Origin: a bacterium
Lineage (GTDB): Bacteria; Patescibacteriota; Dojkabacteria; SC72; WJKH01
Assembly: GCA_029547225.1 (NCBI GenBank)
Contig: JAKPPS010000040.1
Span: forward strand, 42,796 to 106,795
Direction: 5' to 3'
DNA length: 64,000 nt
Each line of letters opens with the position of its first letter. Positions within the stretch are counted from its first letter, which is position 1. Positions 41,901 through 51,009 of the stretch are shown here, one piece after another. The notes below the pieces were generated by a model. The model was not told where the DNA came from, did no database searches, and saw only the letters and a program-made list of their open reading frames with translations. Made by a program: the position numbers and the translations under genes.

Positions 41901-42032
41901 TCAAAGCTTATATACTTATTATTGTTTAACAGAGCACTATTAAAGGAAAAAATAAAGAATAAAATACATAGTCCTTTAATTCGCAACACTTTGAAGCATA
42001 CATACAAAACATTAAAAAAATTTTTTAATTGA
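38937..42032 (+). CDS. Large multidomain glycosyltransferase: N-terminal GT2 + HAD-like hydrolase-type domain + C-terminal domain of unknown function
   Basis: GT2 'ISVITTVYNTEKYLVRCLDSLIHQSYKNIEIIVVNDCSKGNTDEI', 'FVDSDD'. HAD-like motifs 'KLVSFDIFDTLVWRP' (motif I-like), 'IITSDMYLP', 'VHLGDNYQSDFETP'. Confidence 0.55.
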   Translation: MSPKISVITTVYNTEKYLVRCLDSLIHQSYKNIEIIVVNDCSKGNTDEIINKYLRKYQNIKYIKHNVNKGLFHARLTGADSATGDFIAFVDSDDYVSQDFYRSMIFKAINENSDITFSQAIEVNNGKNYLQNLQYYDDEKPIEGNCLDYYFEQEGLNYRYYTVWNKIFRMDLWKSARPYYSKQKKHLIMTEDIAFTTVLFSYATKISTCKNAFYYYVRNEGSSTVNTNISINSIKKNISDISTSFDFVENFLLKRRLYKRYSKKFLEWKKLFSRTYYSKIINLSFTQKEKNTLLRQLKKHFSKNFQLTISKESDFYYYSIRTEYNHHYEDIQNMIIDKRVKLVSFDIFDTLVWRPLLYPTDLFLLMNTYFKDLSGSNTLLDFQRIRVEAEKYARQKSINEEITLTDIYKELEISFNIPNHITQKLKQREIELEYKYTKRRESVYNIFQLAKYLGKKIIITSDMYLPTIVIKQILKSNGYENYDKLYLSSETKVSKYTGSVFKKMIQDYNLTPKEIVHLGDNYQSDFETPNKLKIQGVLFPKASDIFFNYFPHLNNTANCGRIFIKRLPEWRSNAESLNFLGIRSMIALIANKYFDNPFRSFNPNTNFNGDPYFLGYYALGMHLFSVTKWLIEKSIERKHKQMVFLARDGYLPLQAWEILNKHYKCKTNTVYFPFSRKASINLLIQKPIDLYTITEYINIDKYNGTKILKLIKNVISSYDKGINKKYLKLGIKVNKYFSSLDEFNKFISATIKLLYSQEKVNQNQAIYSKYFDKFFVSNSSIFDVGYSCKPEAIFAKLSRRKLQTYFININSDKGLYYSKEFGVTLDTFFDYKPSLTGYLRELFISEQSSSCVSYDFENNELIPVFEKTKFSYFERNIVHNIQEGSLNFIKDLLSYFNEELDLLYIQNYYASLAHELYIHSSTETDKQIFSPIIFEDSIAAGKYSITNKWNTDLLFGNQIDTNKLFTLDYSNVNSTMNLPANYSYQPKISKLIYLLLFNRALLKEKIKNKIHSPLIRNTLKHTYKTLKKFFN

Positions 42033-42094
42033 TTAGAGAAAAAATAAGTTTTTTAGGTGGTGAAAACTATATTACTTTGGTTATTCTCTCAAAT

Positions 42095-43219
42095 ATGAAG
42101 AAAATCTTAATGATATTTGGAACAAGGCCTGAAGCAATCAAAATGGCACCATTGTATAAAGAGCTTCAGGACTATAAAAAAGATTTCAAAACAGTAATTG
42201 CTCTAACGGGACAGCACAAAGAAATGCTATATCAGGTCTTAGATTTTTTTAAGATTAAACCAGATTACGATTTAGAATTGATGAAACCTAATCAGACATT
42301 ATTTGATATTACCTCAGACGCCTTAAGAGGACTTGAAAAAATACTAAATAAGGAAAATCCCGATTTGATTATTGTTCAAGGTGACACAACAACTGTACTA
42401 GCTGGTGCTTTGGCCGGATTCTATAAGAAAATTAAGGTTGCACATCTCGAAGCAGGATTGAGAAGTGGTGATAAATTATCCCCATTTCCTGAGGAAATAA
42501 ATCGTATTCTCACAAGTCATATCGCTGATTATCATTGGGCACCGACACCAATAGCGAAAGAAAATCTACTTACCGAAGGCGTTAAATCAAAAAATATTCA
42601 CGTTGTAAAAAACACAGTAATTGATGCACTTTTTCTTGCAGTAAAACTATTGAAAACCGAAGGTGATAAAAAATATTTGAACTTTTTTAAGGGAATAGAT
42701 TTTAAAAAGAAAATTGTCTTAGTAACTGCTCACAGAAGAGAGAGTTTTGGAGAACCATTTGAAAACATATGCAATTCAATTAAAGATTTAGCTGTTAAAA
42801 ATCCAAATGTTGAGTATGTCTACCCAGTTCATTTAAATCCAAATGTGAGAGAAGTCGTATTTAGAATATTAAGTAATATACCTAATATTCACCTACTCGA
42901 TCCTTTGGATTATCCATATTTAGTATGGATTATGAATAAATCCTATATGGTACTTACTGATTCTGGTGGGATACAAGAAGAGGCTCCTTCACTAGGTAAA
43001 CCTGTATTAGTTTTACGAGATGTAACTGAGCGGCAAGAAGGCGTAGATGCAGGTACAGCAATTTTGGTCGGAACAAATCGCAAGAAAATAGTTTCGTATG
43101 GGCAAAAATTGTTAGATGATCCAAAGTATTATGCAAAAATTGCAAAGGCAACTAACCCTTACGGTGACGGCAAAGCTTCGCAACGGATCGTAAAATTATT
43201 ATTAAAAGGAGATAATTAG
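42095..43219 (+). CDS. wecB: UDP-N-acetylglucosamine 2-epimerase (non-hydrolysing)
   Basis: 'MKKILMIFGTRPEAIKMAPL', 'VQGDTTTVLAGALAGFYKKIKVAHLEAGLRS', 'HIADYHWAPT', 'DSGGIQEEAPSLGKPVLVLRDVTERQE'. The ORF track begins at 42029, but the canonical start is the ATG at 42095. Confidence 0.93.
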   Translation: MKKILMIFGTRPEAIKMAPLYKELQDYKKDFKTVIALTGQHKEMLYQVLDFFKIKPDYDLELMKPNQTLFDITSDALRGLEKILNKENPDLIIVQGDTTTVLAGALAGFYKKIKVAHLEAGLRSGDKLSPFPEEINRILTSHIADYHWAPTPIAKENLLTEGVKSKNIHVVKNTVIDALFLAVKLLKTEGDKKYLNFFKGIDFKKKIVLVTAHRRESFGEPFENICNSIKDLAVKNPNVEYVYPVHLNPNVREVVFRILSNIPNIHLLDPLDYPYLVWIMNKSYMVLTDSGGIQEEAPSLGKPVLVLRDVTERQEGVDAGTAILVGTNRKKIVSYGQKLLDDPKYYAKIAKATNPYGDGKASQRIVKLLLKGDN

Positions 43220-43273
43220 ATCGATATCGATAAAAAATATGAAAGCGAGAATCTTATGATAGATTAATCATTA

Positions 43274-43807
43274 TTATTCTCGACTATTCCTCTTTGCAAG
43301 TGCCAATTTAGCCTGTTGAATAATAATTCCTATTAACGAAATTGTAAGGAATGTGTAGAAAGCTGAAGCAAAAGCTTCTGCAACAAACTCAATCTTAAAA
43401 GCCAAAAGTATTGGAACTGGAATCAAAGCGATTAATGAAATAATTGACAGAGTAAACGGTTTCAAGTCATTTGCAATCCAAATATATCCAATAAAATAAT
43501 AAAAAGCAGTTACGAAATCATACCTGTTTGGAGATAAGACAATTATTATTACAAGAAGGATTATCGCAATAATTATATTCAATGGGTTTAGTAATATAGA
43601 ATAAAATATTGTTTCTAACTCTGACTTTAAAAAAGAAAAATCAATAATTTTCTTACTGTCATATGTATTCGCTTCATTAATGCTTACTTTTTTCAAGTAT
43701 TTCTCAACAATTTGAGGTTTAAGATATATCCCTCTAATGGCATTATTTAAGCTTTCGTAATATCTAATGGTTCTATTCTGATTTTTTTTCTTCGTACTTT
43801 TTGACAT
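43274..43807 (-). CDS. Small membrane protein (hypothetical), last gene of the GtrB-like/GT-C-like module
   Basis: 177 aa. Basic N-terminus, 3-4 C-terminal TMs. Start overlaps the upstream 716-aa gene by 35 nt. Confidence 0.3.
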   Translation of the reverse strand: MSKSTKKKNQNRTIRYYESLNNAIRGIYLKPQIVEKYLKKVSINEANTYDSKKIIDFSFLKSELETIFYSILLNPLNIIIAIILLVIIIVLSPNRYDFVTAFYYFIGYIWIANDLKPFTLSIISLIALIPVPILLAFKIEFVAEAFASAFYTFLTISLIGIIIQQAKLALAKRNSRE

Positions 43808-45923
43808 TTTTATTTTTTATTACTAAATATGTTCCTACACTAATAATCGAAATAACAGTAAATAATAGAGAAGCAACAGAGACGTAAGAGAAAATCCGAT
43901 ATGAAACCTGTGGGAAATAATATAATGTTCCTTTAAAAGTATAATTATTTTCCTCATCATAAAGTATATCAATTTCTTGATAATTTTCTGAACTTGATGA
44001 TAGATCTGCAAGATTTATTTCCCATTGATTATTTGATAAAATACCGCTTGAATGATTTTCAGACAATAGATCCTTATAAGAAATTATATTTTTAATGTCT
44101 TGTGTATTTTGATTTGGAACAAGCTCCCATCTAACATCAAACGTATTTAACATCTCAATAGTTGCTTGATTTGTATTGCATTTCAGAACGAAAGGATACT
44201 CAACAGGAGATATACGCTCATATTCGATACTACAATTTTCAGTTTCTTTAACTGAGATAAATTCTTTGTAATCAAGATTCTCATATACAATAAAATTCTC
44301 ATTCTCTTCTACATTAACATAATCTGGATTATACATAAAGTAATTCTCATATTTTTGATAATCTGGAGGTAAATTTTTATTTACAACATCAATTAAATCC
44401 TTTTTGACGAGAATATATTTTATCCCGGCACTATCAATCATTTCATCGAAATCTTCGTAAAAGATAAATGATCCAAGATCAATCTGAAATAACTTCTTAA
44501 ATGTATCACTATAATTACTCAATACATATGCGCCACCCTCCATTAGTATTGGCTTTTTATAAAACAATTCAGCAAAATAATAATTACTTGTATAGTTTTC
44601 GCTATACCCTTCAATCGACCAATAATATGATTCATAAATTAATGCTGGAAGAATATAAACATAATAATTTTGAGAAGTATCAGATTGCAATTGAGTATTC
44701 AATTCAAAATAATCTTGAGGAACTTCCATTTTTCCAATCGTACCATCTAAATATGGAGAAAATAGTATCGGAAAATTTGTGATCGAAAAGCATAAAAGTA
44801 GTATGACCGCAAAAATAATTTTAATACTCTTTTTAACCTTAAGGAGAATAAATGTTAAAGGTAACAATAAAGAATTAATTAATATTGATATAATAAAAAA
44901 TCTATTAAAAGATCTAAAGAAACCAAACCATGACTGAGTCCTAAATAGCCACATCCATATATCTCCCCAAAGATATGAATTAGGTCCCTGCCCTAAATTA
45001 AAAAATATTACATAAACAATTATCAGGAAGAAAACAAAATAATCTTTTTTATCAATTTTCTTTAATCGACTAAAATATATTATAAAAAAAGCATAAGGCA
45101 AGGCTAATAAGGCGTAGTAAATATATGTGACAATCCAACCATTAATTTTCCCAGAGATGTTTCCAGGATAATTGCTATAATTCATAAGGTTAGATGTACG
45201 ACTTGTATCACGATACCCTTGAAAAACTGCCTCCCAATTATCAGAAGAATAAAATGAACTTGGAGATACTTCAAAGATATTACTTATAAACGGAGCTAAC
45301 CAATATGATGATATTAGCAAAATTAATATTACTGTAATAACATATTTGATTAAAACTTTTATTCGAGTTTTTTTATCTTTATATACAAAAAATAATTCAT
45401 AAATAAAGAATGCAAACAACTCAAGAATAAAAATGACAAAGAAGAACTGATGATTAATGAAGATGGTTGATAAAACAATTAATAGTAAATCAAAAAGACG
45501 AATCTCTTTTTTGTATCGAATTAAAAACACCAAGAAAATAAAAATACAAGGTATCAAGTTAAAGAAGTAGTTTCCTGGAAAGTATATCAACTGTTCCCAA
45601 ATAAAATTATTTACAATAAACAATGAGCTGCTTACAATACCAGTTAGGATAGATAAAAGAACTCCATATTTTGATTGTTTTGCAAATCTTCTATATAGAA
45701 AAAATCCGCAGAAAAAGACTAGAATTGCTGAAACTACAATTCCGAAATAAAAAATAAAATCGGACCTTGCTTGGATATCATTGAAAAGTCTTGCAACAAT
45801 ATATCCCAATACCTTTGATGCAACAGTAGAATATCGTTGCATACCAAATTGGTTTTCATCCCAGAGATATACACCATCTCCAGCATTCCACATTATTGGG
45901 GAATCACCATATCCGAAGTACAT
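43773..45923 (-). CDS. Large polytopic membrane protein, possible GT-C-fold glycosyltransferase (hypothetical)
   Basis: 716 aa. The N-terminal roughly 420 aa hold 12 or more TMs rich in aromatic residues. A roughly 280-aa soluble C-terminal domain and a terminal TM follow. It sits immediately downstream of a GtrB/DPM1-like GT2, the usual partner arrangement. Confidence 0.35.
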   Translation of the reverse strand: MYFGYGDSPIMWNAGDGVYLWDENQFGMQRYSTVASKVLGYIVARLFNDIQARSDFIFYFGIVVSAILVFFCGFFLYRRFAKQSKYGVLLSILTGIVSSSLFIVNNFIWEQLIYFPGNYFFNLIPCIFIFLVFLIRYKKEIRLFDLLLIVLSTIFINHQFFFVIFILELFAFFIYELFFVYKDKKTRIKVLIKYVITVILILLISSYWLAPFISNIFEVSPSSFYSSDNWEAVFQGYRDTSRTSNLMNYSNYPGNISGKINGWIVTYIYYALLALPYAFFIIYFSRLKKIDKKDYFVFFLIIVYVIFFNLGQGPNSYLWGDIWMWLFRTQSWFGFFRSFNRFFIISILINSLLLPLTFILLKVKKSIKIIFAVILLLCFSITNFPILFSPYLDGTIGKMEVPQDYFELNTQLQSDTSQNYYVYILPALIYESYYWSIEGYSENYTSNYYFAELFYKKPILMEGGAYVLSNYSDTFKKLFQIDLGSFIFYEDFDEMIDSAGIKYILVKKDLIDVVNKNLPPDYQKYENYFMYNPDYVNVEENENFIVYENLDYKEFISVKETENCSIEYERISPVEYPFVLKCNTNQATIEMLNTFDVRWELVPNQNTQDIKNIISYKDLLSENHSSGILSNNQWEINLADLSSSSENYQEIDILYDEENNYTFKGTLYYFPQVSYRIFSYVSVASLLFTVISIISVGTYLVIKNKNVKKYEEKKSE

Positions 45924-45941
45924 AATTTCTAAAATAAATAA

Positions 45942-46886
45942 TTATATAATCCTCTTGATAATATACAAGGGACGGTTTGTAACCTCATTATAAATAGTCG
46001 CAATATAAAGTGATATTAAACCAAGACAAGATAGTATCACACCTACAAAAAACATCAAGATAATAGCTAAAATTGCCGTACCAGTAATGCTTGCAATATA
46101 CCGATTTTCAAATATATATCGTCCAACAAATATAACTACTAGCAAAATGCTGGATGTAATCATTATAAATATTCCAAGATAACCTGCAATTTTCAGAGGA
46201 AAAAGACTCAAACCAACAAAACTAGAAATTGCTAAACGAACCTTTTTAATAAAATTGTATGATGGTCTCCCCCCGACTCTTTCTCGTGCTTCAAAATGAA
46301 TATAGTCTCTTTTAAATCCCATCCAATCTATCAAACCTCTTGTAATACGATTCCGTTCTGTGAATTTGTTAAGCTGATCAATTACCGTTCTATCAATTAG
46401 CCTAAAATCTGTCGATCCTGGCACACTTTTTGTATCCGAAATTCGATTTAATATACTGTAAAATAACTTTGAACCTAGTTTCGAAACAAAATTACCACTA
46501 TTGTTTTTCCTTACACCGACTACTACATCATTTCCTTCTTCCCATTTTTTGATGAATTGAAGTATTAGCTCTTGTGGAAACTGGAGATCAGCATCAAGTA
46601 TTATTGCCGCATCTCCATGACAATTCATATATCCAGCAGAAGTTGCGATTTCTTTACCAAAATTACGTGAAAATTCAATCAAGTGGTATCTCTTATTTTT
46701 TTTAACAAGCTGCTCAACTTTTCGAACCGTATCATCAGTACTTCCATCGCTGATTATTATTACCTCGAAATTATAATTGTCTTTCTGACTTTCTATAACT
46801 TTATTTACTTCGACATAATATTTATCAATATTTTCTGCTTCGTTGAAAGCTGGAGTTATTATCGAAATTAGTTTTTTCATAAGCAT
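45942..46886 (-). CDS. Polyprenyl-phosphate sugar synthase-type GT2 (GtrB/ArnC/DPM1-like) with C-terminal TM helices
   Basis: 'ISIITPAFNEAENIDKYYVEVNKV..FEVIIISDGSTDDT', 'ILDADLQFP', and two C-terminal TMs ('LGIFIMITSSILLVVIFV', 'ILAIILMFFVGVILSCLGLISLY') as in GtrB. Confidence 0.8.
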   Translation of the reverse strand: MLMKKLISIITPAFNEAENIDKYYVEVNKVIESQKDNYNFEVIIISDGSTDDTVRKVEQLVKKNKRYHLIEFSRNFGKEIATSAGYMNCHGDAAIILDADLQFPQELILQFIKKWEEGNDVVVGVRKNNSGNFVSKLGSKLFYSILNRISDTKSVPGSTDFRLIDRTVIDQLNKFTERNRITRGLIDWMGFKRDYIHFEARERVGGRPSYNFIKKVRLAISSFVGLSLFPLKIAGYLGIFIMITSSILLVVIFVGRYIFENRYIASITGTAILAIILMFFVGVILSCLGLISLYIATIYNEVTNRPLYIIKRII

Positions 46887-46999
46887 TTACGGAATGAAAT
46901 TCTATTATTGTCAATTATACCATTTTTTCTATTCTATATCATTGATAATAATTATCTATAAATATTTAAAGTTATAATACTATTCAGAATATTAGTAAA

Positions 47000-48154
47000 T
47001 TAAATCTCTTTAATCAATTTCTCAAAAATCTCAGAATAATCAAAACCTCTGCTATATTTTATTGCATTCTCACGATATTGTTGATTTACTTTCGGACTCA
47101 TCATTTTAATAATATGATCTGCCATATCTTTCGAATCAAGTGTGATTATTTCACCTGCGTTAACATCTGCAATCTCTCTTGCATTCCAAGGAATATTGGT
47201 AAGCAATACTGGAACTCCACAAGCTAGATATGTTTTTACTTTTCCTGGATCTGCATAATATGTCCATGTATCAAGTTCTTTTGAATATGGCGCTATAGAG
47301 ACTGCTGATTTTGCAATTTCCTTTTCGACATCTTCAAGTTTCTCTATCCTACCTAAAAAATCGCAGTATTTTGAGACGCCCATTTTTGTTGCTTTTTCTT
47401 TAAGAGTATCAAGATATGCTCCGCCACCAATTATTTTGAAGTTAAAACCTGGAATCTTCTTTATTACTTCAGGTATTGAATCTAGAACAAATTGAACACC
47501 CTGCTTTTCGATGATGTGTCCCATAAAAACTAATGTATTTTTCTGACAATCTTTATAATCATATACTTTAATTCTTGAAAGCCACATTCCATAAGGAACA
47601 ACTCTATGAAGCTTATATTCGGTTGTTTTTATGCCTGCATATTTCTCTCGAGCTTCTGCCATTCGTGGGGAAATATCCCACATCTGATCTGCGTTTCTAT
47701 ATCCGAATTTATTTACATTTGAATATATTAAATTTTTTATTTTACTTCCGAAACGATTTTCAGGTACATAATCCATAGCCCAAAAAATAGTTTTATCAAC
47801 CTTACGAAATACTTTTAATAAGTAGCCGTATACGAGACATAAACCGTCCATAGCAATATAGTATTTGAAGTGATTTTTAAGTTTTAAAAGAGAACTTAAA
47901 GTAAAAATAAATTCCTTAACATAAATCAAAACTTCTGGAAGTTTTTTATAATCCTTTGTTTCCCTTTTTTCTATCTTACCATCTGCACCAAATTTTGATA
48001 TCCAACTTTTTCGGTTATCAGCATCAGAAAAACTATGGCAAACTTGAACAACATTTTGGCCAGTACTGACAAGATATTTTATCAACTCATCATCAGGTTG
48101 TGGATTAAACTTATGAGCGACAATAACATAATCCGATTTGAATTTCTTATCCAT
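47000..48154 (-). CDS. Glycosyltransferase, GT-B fold (GT4-like)
   Basis: C-terminal 'PGKVKTYLACGVPVLLTNIPWNAREI' resembles the GT4 E..(A)CG.PV motif. 384 aa. Confidence 0.55.
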   Translation of the reverse strand: MDKKFKSDYVIVAHKFNPQPDDELIKYLVSTGQNVVQVCHSFSDADNRKSWISKFGADGKIEKRETKDYKKLPEVLIYVKEFIFTLSSLLKLKNHFKYYIAMDGLCLVYGYLLKVFRKVDKTIFWAMDYVPENRFGSKIKNLIYSNVNKFGYRNADQMWDISPRMAEAREKYAGIKTTEYKLHRVVPYGMWLSRIKVYDYKDCQKNTLVFMGHIIEKQGVQFVLDSIPEVIKKIPGFNFKIIGGGAYLDTLKEKATKMGVSKYCDFLGRIEKLEDVEKEIAKSAVSIAPYSKELDTWTYYADPGKVKTYLACGVPVLLTNIPWNAREIADVNAGEIITLDSKDMADHIIKMMSPKVNQQYRENAIKYSRGFDYSEIFEKLIKEI

Positions 48155-48171
48155 TTTGAATTACATATAAT

Positions 48172-49238
48172 TTATATTTTCTTAAAATCTTTATATAATT
48201 CAATTAACTGATTTGCACGATTTATATATGTATGAGATTTTCTTACTCGTTCCTGTCCTGCTTTCATTATTGCAATTCGTTTTTCAGGATTTTCAAGGTA
48301 ATATTCCATTTTTTGATTCCAATCATCTTCATTTTCTGCCAGCACTATTTCTTTACCTACTTCAAATTGGTCTTTTATACATCTCACATTATCAACAATT
48401 TCGAAACCTCCATATAGAGAATTTTATATGTTCTTTCATTGCAACAACCACCCGAAATTCTCTGATACTCTTCATGAACATTGACACTAATTTTCGAAGT
48501 GAAATACATATTTGCCTCATCTTGAAGTTTGTATTTTGGCTTTTTGAAATTTTTGAGTATTGGAATATTGAAATATTGTCCACCTCTTTGCACCCATCCC
48601 GTTAATCTATCAAAAAAGGTCCAATCTTGTCCTAAGAGCATTACCTTATATTTATTGCGATACCTTAATACATTTCGATTAAAGAAATCTCTTTTCTCTG
48701 GAAGATTTGTTCCTAAAAACAGAATATCAGAATTAAATCTTTCATCTCTTTGAGGAACGATACTGTCATCAGCTGCTAGTAAAACCGTATGATATTTATA
48801 ACCAGTACCTTCTTCAAAACCTTGCATTCGAGGATCTTCATGATCAGCAGGATGATAAAAAATATCACCCATTAAACCATCCTTAATTTTTTTTATCAAT
48901 TCTTTGTCATCACTTAACCCTTTATCCTCATTAATTCTAAAATCAGAAAATGGATAGCTCCAATAAGGCGCAAAGATCATTGATACCATCCCGTTTTTAC
49001 GTGCTTTATTGTAAACATCCAAATCTAAATATTTAAGATTGAATTTCGATAATGAAGTCATCATGATATCTGGCTTATATTCATCAATTACTTTTTCCAG
49101 ATTATCGTCTGCCGTCAATGGCCTAAATTGATGCCCTAACTTTAGAAAGCCATTTTTGTAGCCATTATATATTGTTCTTCCAGCATATAAAGTGTTTAAG
49201 GAAGGTATCTGATACAATACTTTTAATTTCTTATCCAT
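48172..49238 (-). pseudogene. CgeB-family (Glyco_trans_1_2) glycosyltransferase split by a single-nucleotide frameshift (two ORFs 49238-48384 and 48387-48172)
   Basis: The upstream ORF ends '...NVHEEYQRISGGCCNERTYKIL|YMEVSKLLIM*'. The downstream ORF reads '(LYGGFEIVDN)VRCIKDQFEVGKEIVLAENEDDW..MEYYLENPEKRIAIMKAGQERVRKSHTYINR'. Joined with a +1 shift, these give 'NERTYKILLYGGFEIVDN..FEVGKEIV', which matches the CgeB consensus 'NMRTFEILACGGLLLTD...LFEPGKEIV'. The indel lies in the TATATA/TTTT run at about 48411-48426. Confidence 0.6.
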
Positions 49239-50106
49239 TTTTTATTACTAATAATTTACGCAAAAACTTAAATATTATTATTACCGCCCTAGTCGGGAAA
49301 ACTTGCATGAACCAAGTTGCAAAGAATGCAAGACCATCAGAAAATGTAAATTTATATGCCTTATCATTTTTGTATTTCTTCCGAGCCTTTAAAGTATTAC
49401 GTAAAATAGCTTTCATCTTTTTGTGAGTAGCATTATTCTCCTGTTCACGATAGTAAAGAAGTATTTTAGGAACATTTGCAAATTTATACTTTCTACCGAT
49501 ACGATACCAAAGTTCAATATCTTCAGCCACTGGAAAATCCTCACTATAATTACCACAATCGATAATCGCTTCTTTTCTAATCATACATGAAGGTTGAGCG
49601 AGGGGCGAACTTTTAAATATTCTTTTTCTGATTTCAGCATCGTCTGTTTCATATTTCCTCACATCAAGATTTCCACTTGAATTGAAGCTTTGAAGAAATC
49701 CCCCACATACTCCAATCTTATCATCTGATTTCATGAGCGCAAGCTGATCCGCTATCCGTGTATTTACTGAAATATCATCTGCATCATGTATCACATAGAA
49801 TTGGCCATTAGCTAATTCGAATAGTCTATTACGAGATCTGACAATCTTTTGATTCGTTTCGTTTCGAAAAACTTTTATCCGAGAGTCTTTATTTTCATAC
49901 TTGGTAATAATATCTAGTGTATTATCTGTTGAGCAATCATCTAAAATTAGTAATTCAAAATTTGTATACGTCTGTTCTGAAACACTTTTGATTGCTTCTT
50001 CAATATACTCAGAAGCATTATATGCTGGCATCAAAACGGAGACTAAAGGTTTTGATGAAGTTTGTGACGATTTGTTTGAATTATTTCCCTGATATTTTTG
50101 TGTCAT
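49231..50106 (-). CDS. Glycosyltransferase family 2
   Basis: 'VSVLMPAYNASEYIEEAIKSVSEQTYTNFELLILDDCSTDNT', 'IHDADD'. Confidence 0.85.
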   Translation of the reverse strand: MTQKYQGNNSNKSSQTSSKPLVSVLMPAYNASEYIEEAIKSVSEQTYTNFELLILDDCSTDNTLDIITKYENKDSRIKVFRNETNQKIVRSRNRLFELANGQFYVIHDADDISVNTRIADQLALMKSDDKIGVCGGFLQSFNSSGNLDVRKYETDDAEIRKRIFKSSPLAQPSCMIRKEAIIDCGNYSEDFPVAEDIELWYRIGRKYKFANVPKILLYYREQENNATHKKMKAILRNTLKARKKYKNDKAYKFTFSDGLAFFATWFMQVFPTRAVIIIFKFLRKLLVIKNG

Positions 50107-50110
50107 ATTT

Positions 50111-50992
50111 TCAGAAAGATTTTTTCTTAAAAAACATCGTTATATTATTTGCTCCGATTTTTTTATTATTATTCTTCTCATCAATATGCTCAATCTTCTC
50201 CTTATCAATATTTTTGAAAATCATATTTAACAAGACTAAGAAAACCTTAGCCGTGTGCCCTTTATAAATTGTAGTTATTGGATCGAAATTATTAAATAAC
50301 TCTGACAATGTTTCAAAGTCATACCTTCTTAAATGTCCAATGCGTTTATCATGAATGATGTTCACTAGCCATAATAGAGGACTTATATACTTCAATTTAT
50401 GAGGGACAGTAACCATAATTTGACCATCATCTGTCACGACTCTAGTGAGCTCCTTTGCTGCCTTTACATCTTCTGGAAGATGCTCTAATACTGCATTTGA
50501 GACAAAATAATCTGCTGCTCTATCCTTTATTGGTAAACTCTGTGCATTACAGCAAAGAGTCATTATTTTATCATTAAGTCCTAATACTTTTGCATTATGA
50601 TTAAGTCTGATCAGGTAATCTAATGTAAGATCTGTAGCTAACACATTGTATCCAAGTTTTGCAAGTTCAATCGCTATGTATCCTGTACCAGTACCGCAAT
50701 CAATTATAAGAGCAGATTTCTTCTTCTTAATATTCGTATTCGCGACAAAACTATCAACATATGATTTTTGCCAAGGTTCGATTTTATAATCTGCGCCCAA
50801 ATCTTTAGATTCATTACTAAAATACTCGATTTGTTGTATAAGATGTTTCGGAATTTTATCGTAATCTATTAATACAGGTATTCCTTCTATTGTTTTATAC
50901 TTAGCTTCACATTTTGTACAATGATATTTATCAGCATTTTTTTTAAGCGCTCCTGAACATTTTGGACAGACAACAATATCATCTATATTCAT
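50111..50992 (-). CDS. Class I SAM-dependent methyltransferase with N-terminal Cys4 zinc-ribbon (Trm112-like) domain
   Basis: 'CPKCSGALKKNADKYHCTKCEAKY' zinc ribbon. Motif I 'LIIDCGTGTGYIAIELAKLGYNVLATDL'. Motif II-like 'ADYFVSNAVLEHL'. Confidence 0.75.
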   Translation of the reverse strand: MNIDDIVVCPKCSGALKKNADKYHCTKCEAKYKTIEGIPVLIDYDKIPKHLIQQIEYFSNESKDLGADYKIEPWQKSYVDSFVANTNIKKKKSALIIDCGTGTGYIAIELAKLGYNVLATDLTLDYLIRLNHNAKVLGLNDKIMTLCCNAQSLPIKDRAADYFVSNAVLEHLPEDVKAAKELTRVVTDDGQIMVTVPHKLKYISPLLWLVNIIHDKRIGHLRRYDFETLSELFNNFDPITTIYKGHTAKVFLVLLNMIFKNIDKEKIEHIDEKNNNKKIGANNITMFFKKKSF

Positions 50993-51009
50993 ATCACTAT
51001 TTTATCAAA

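Noticed and set aside
48172-49238. Programmed ribosomal frameshift as the explanation for the split CgeB-like gene
   Set aside because: There is no slippery heptamer-plus-structure context, and the shift site is a simple TATATA/T4 run. A mutational or sequencing indel, possibly phase-variable, explains it more simply.
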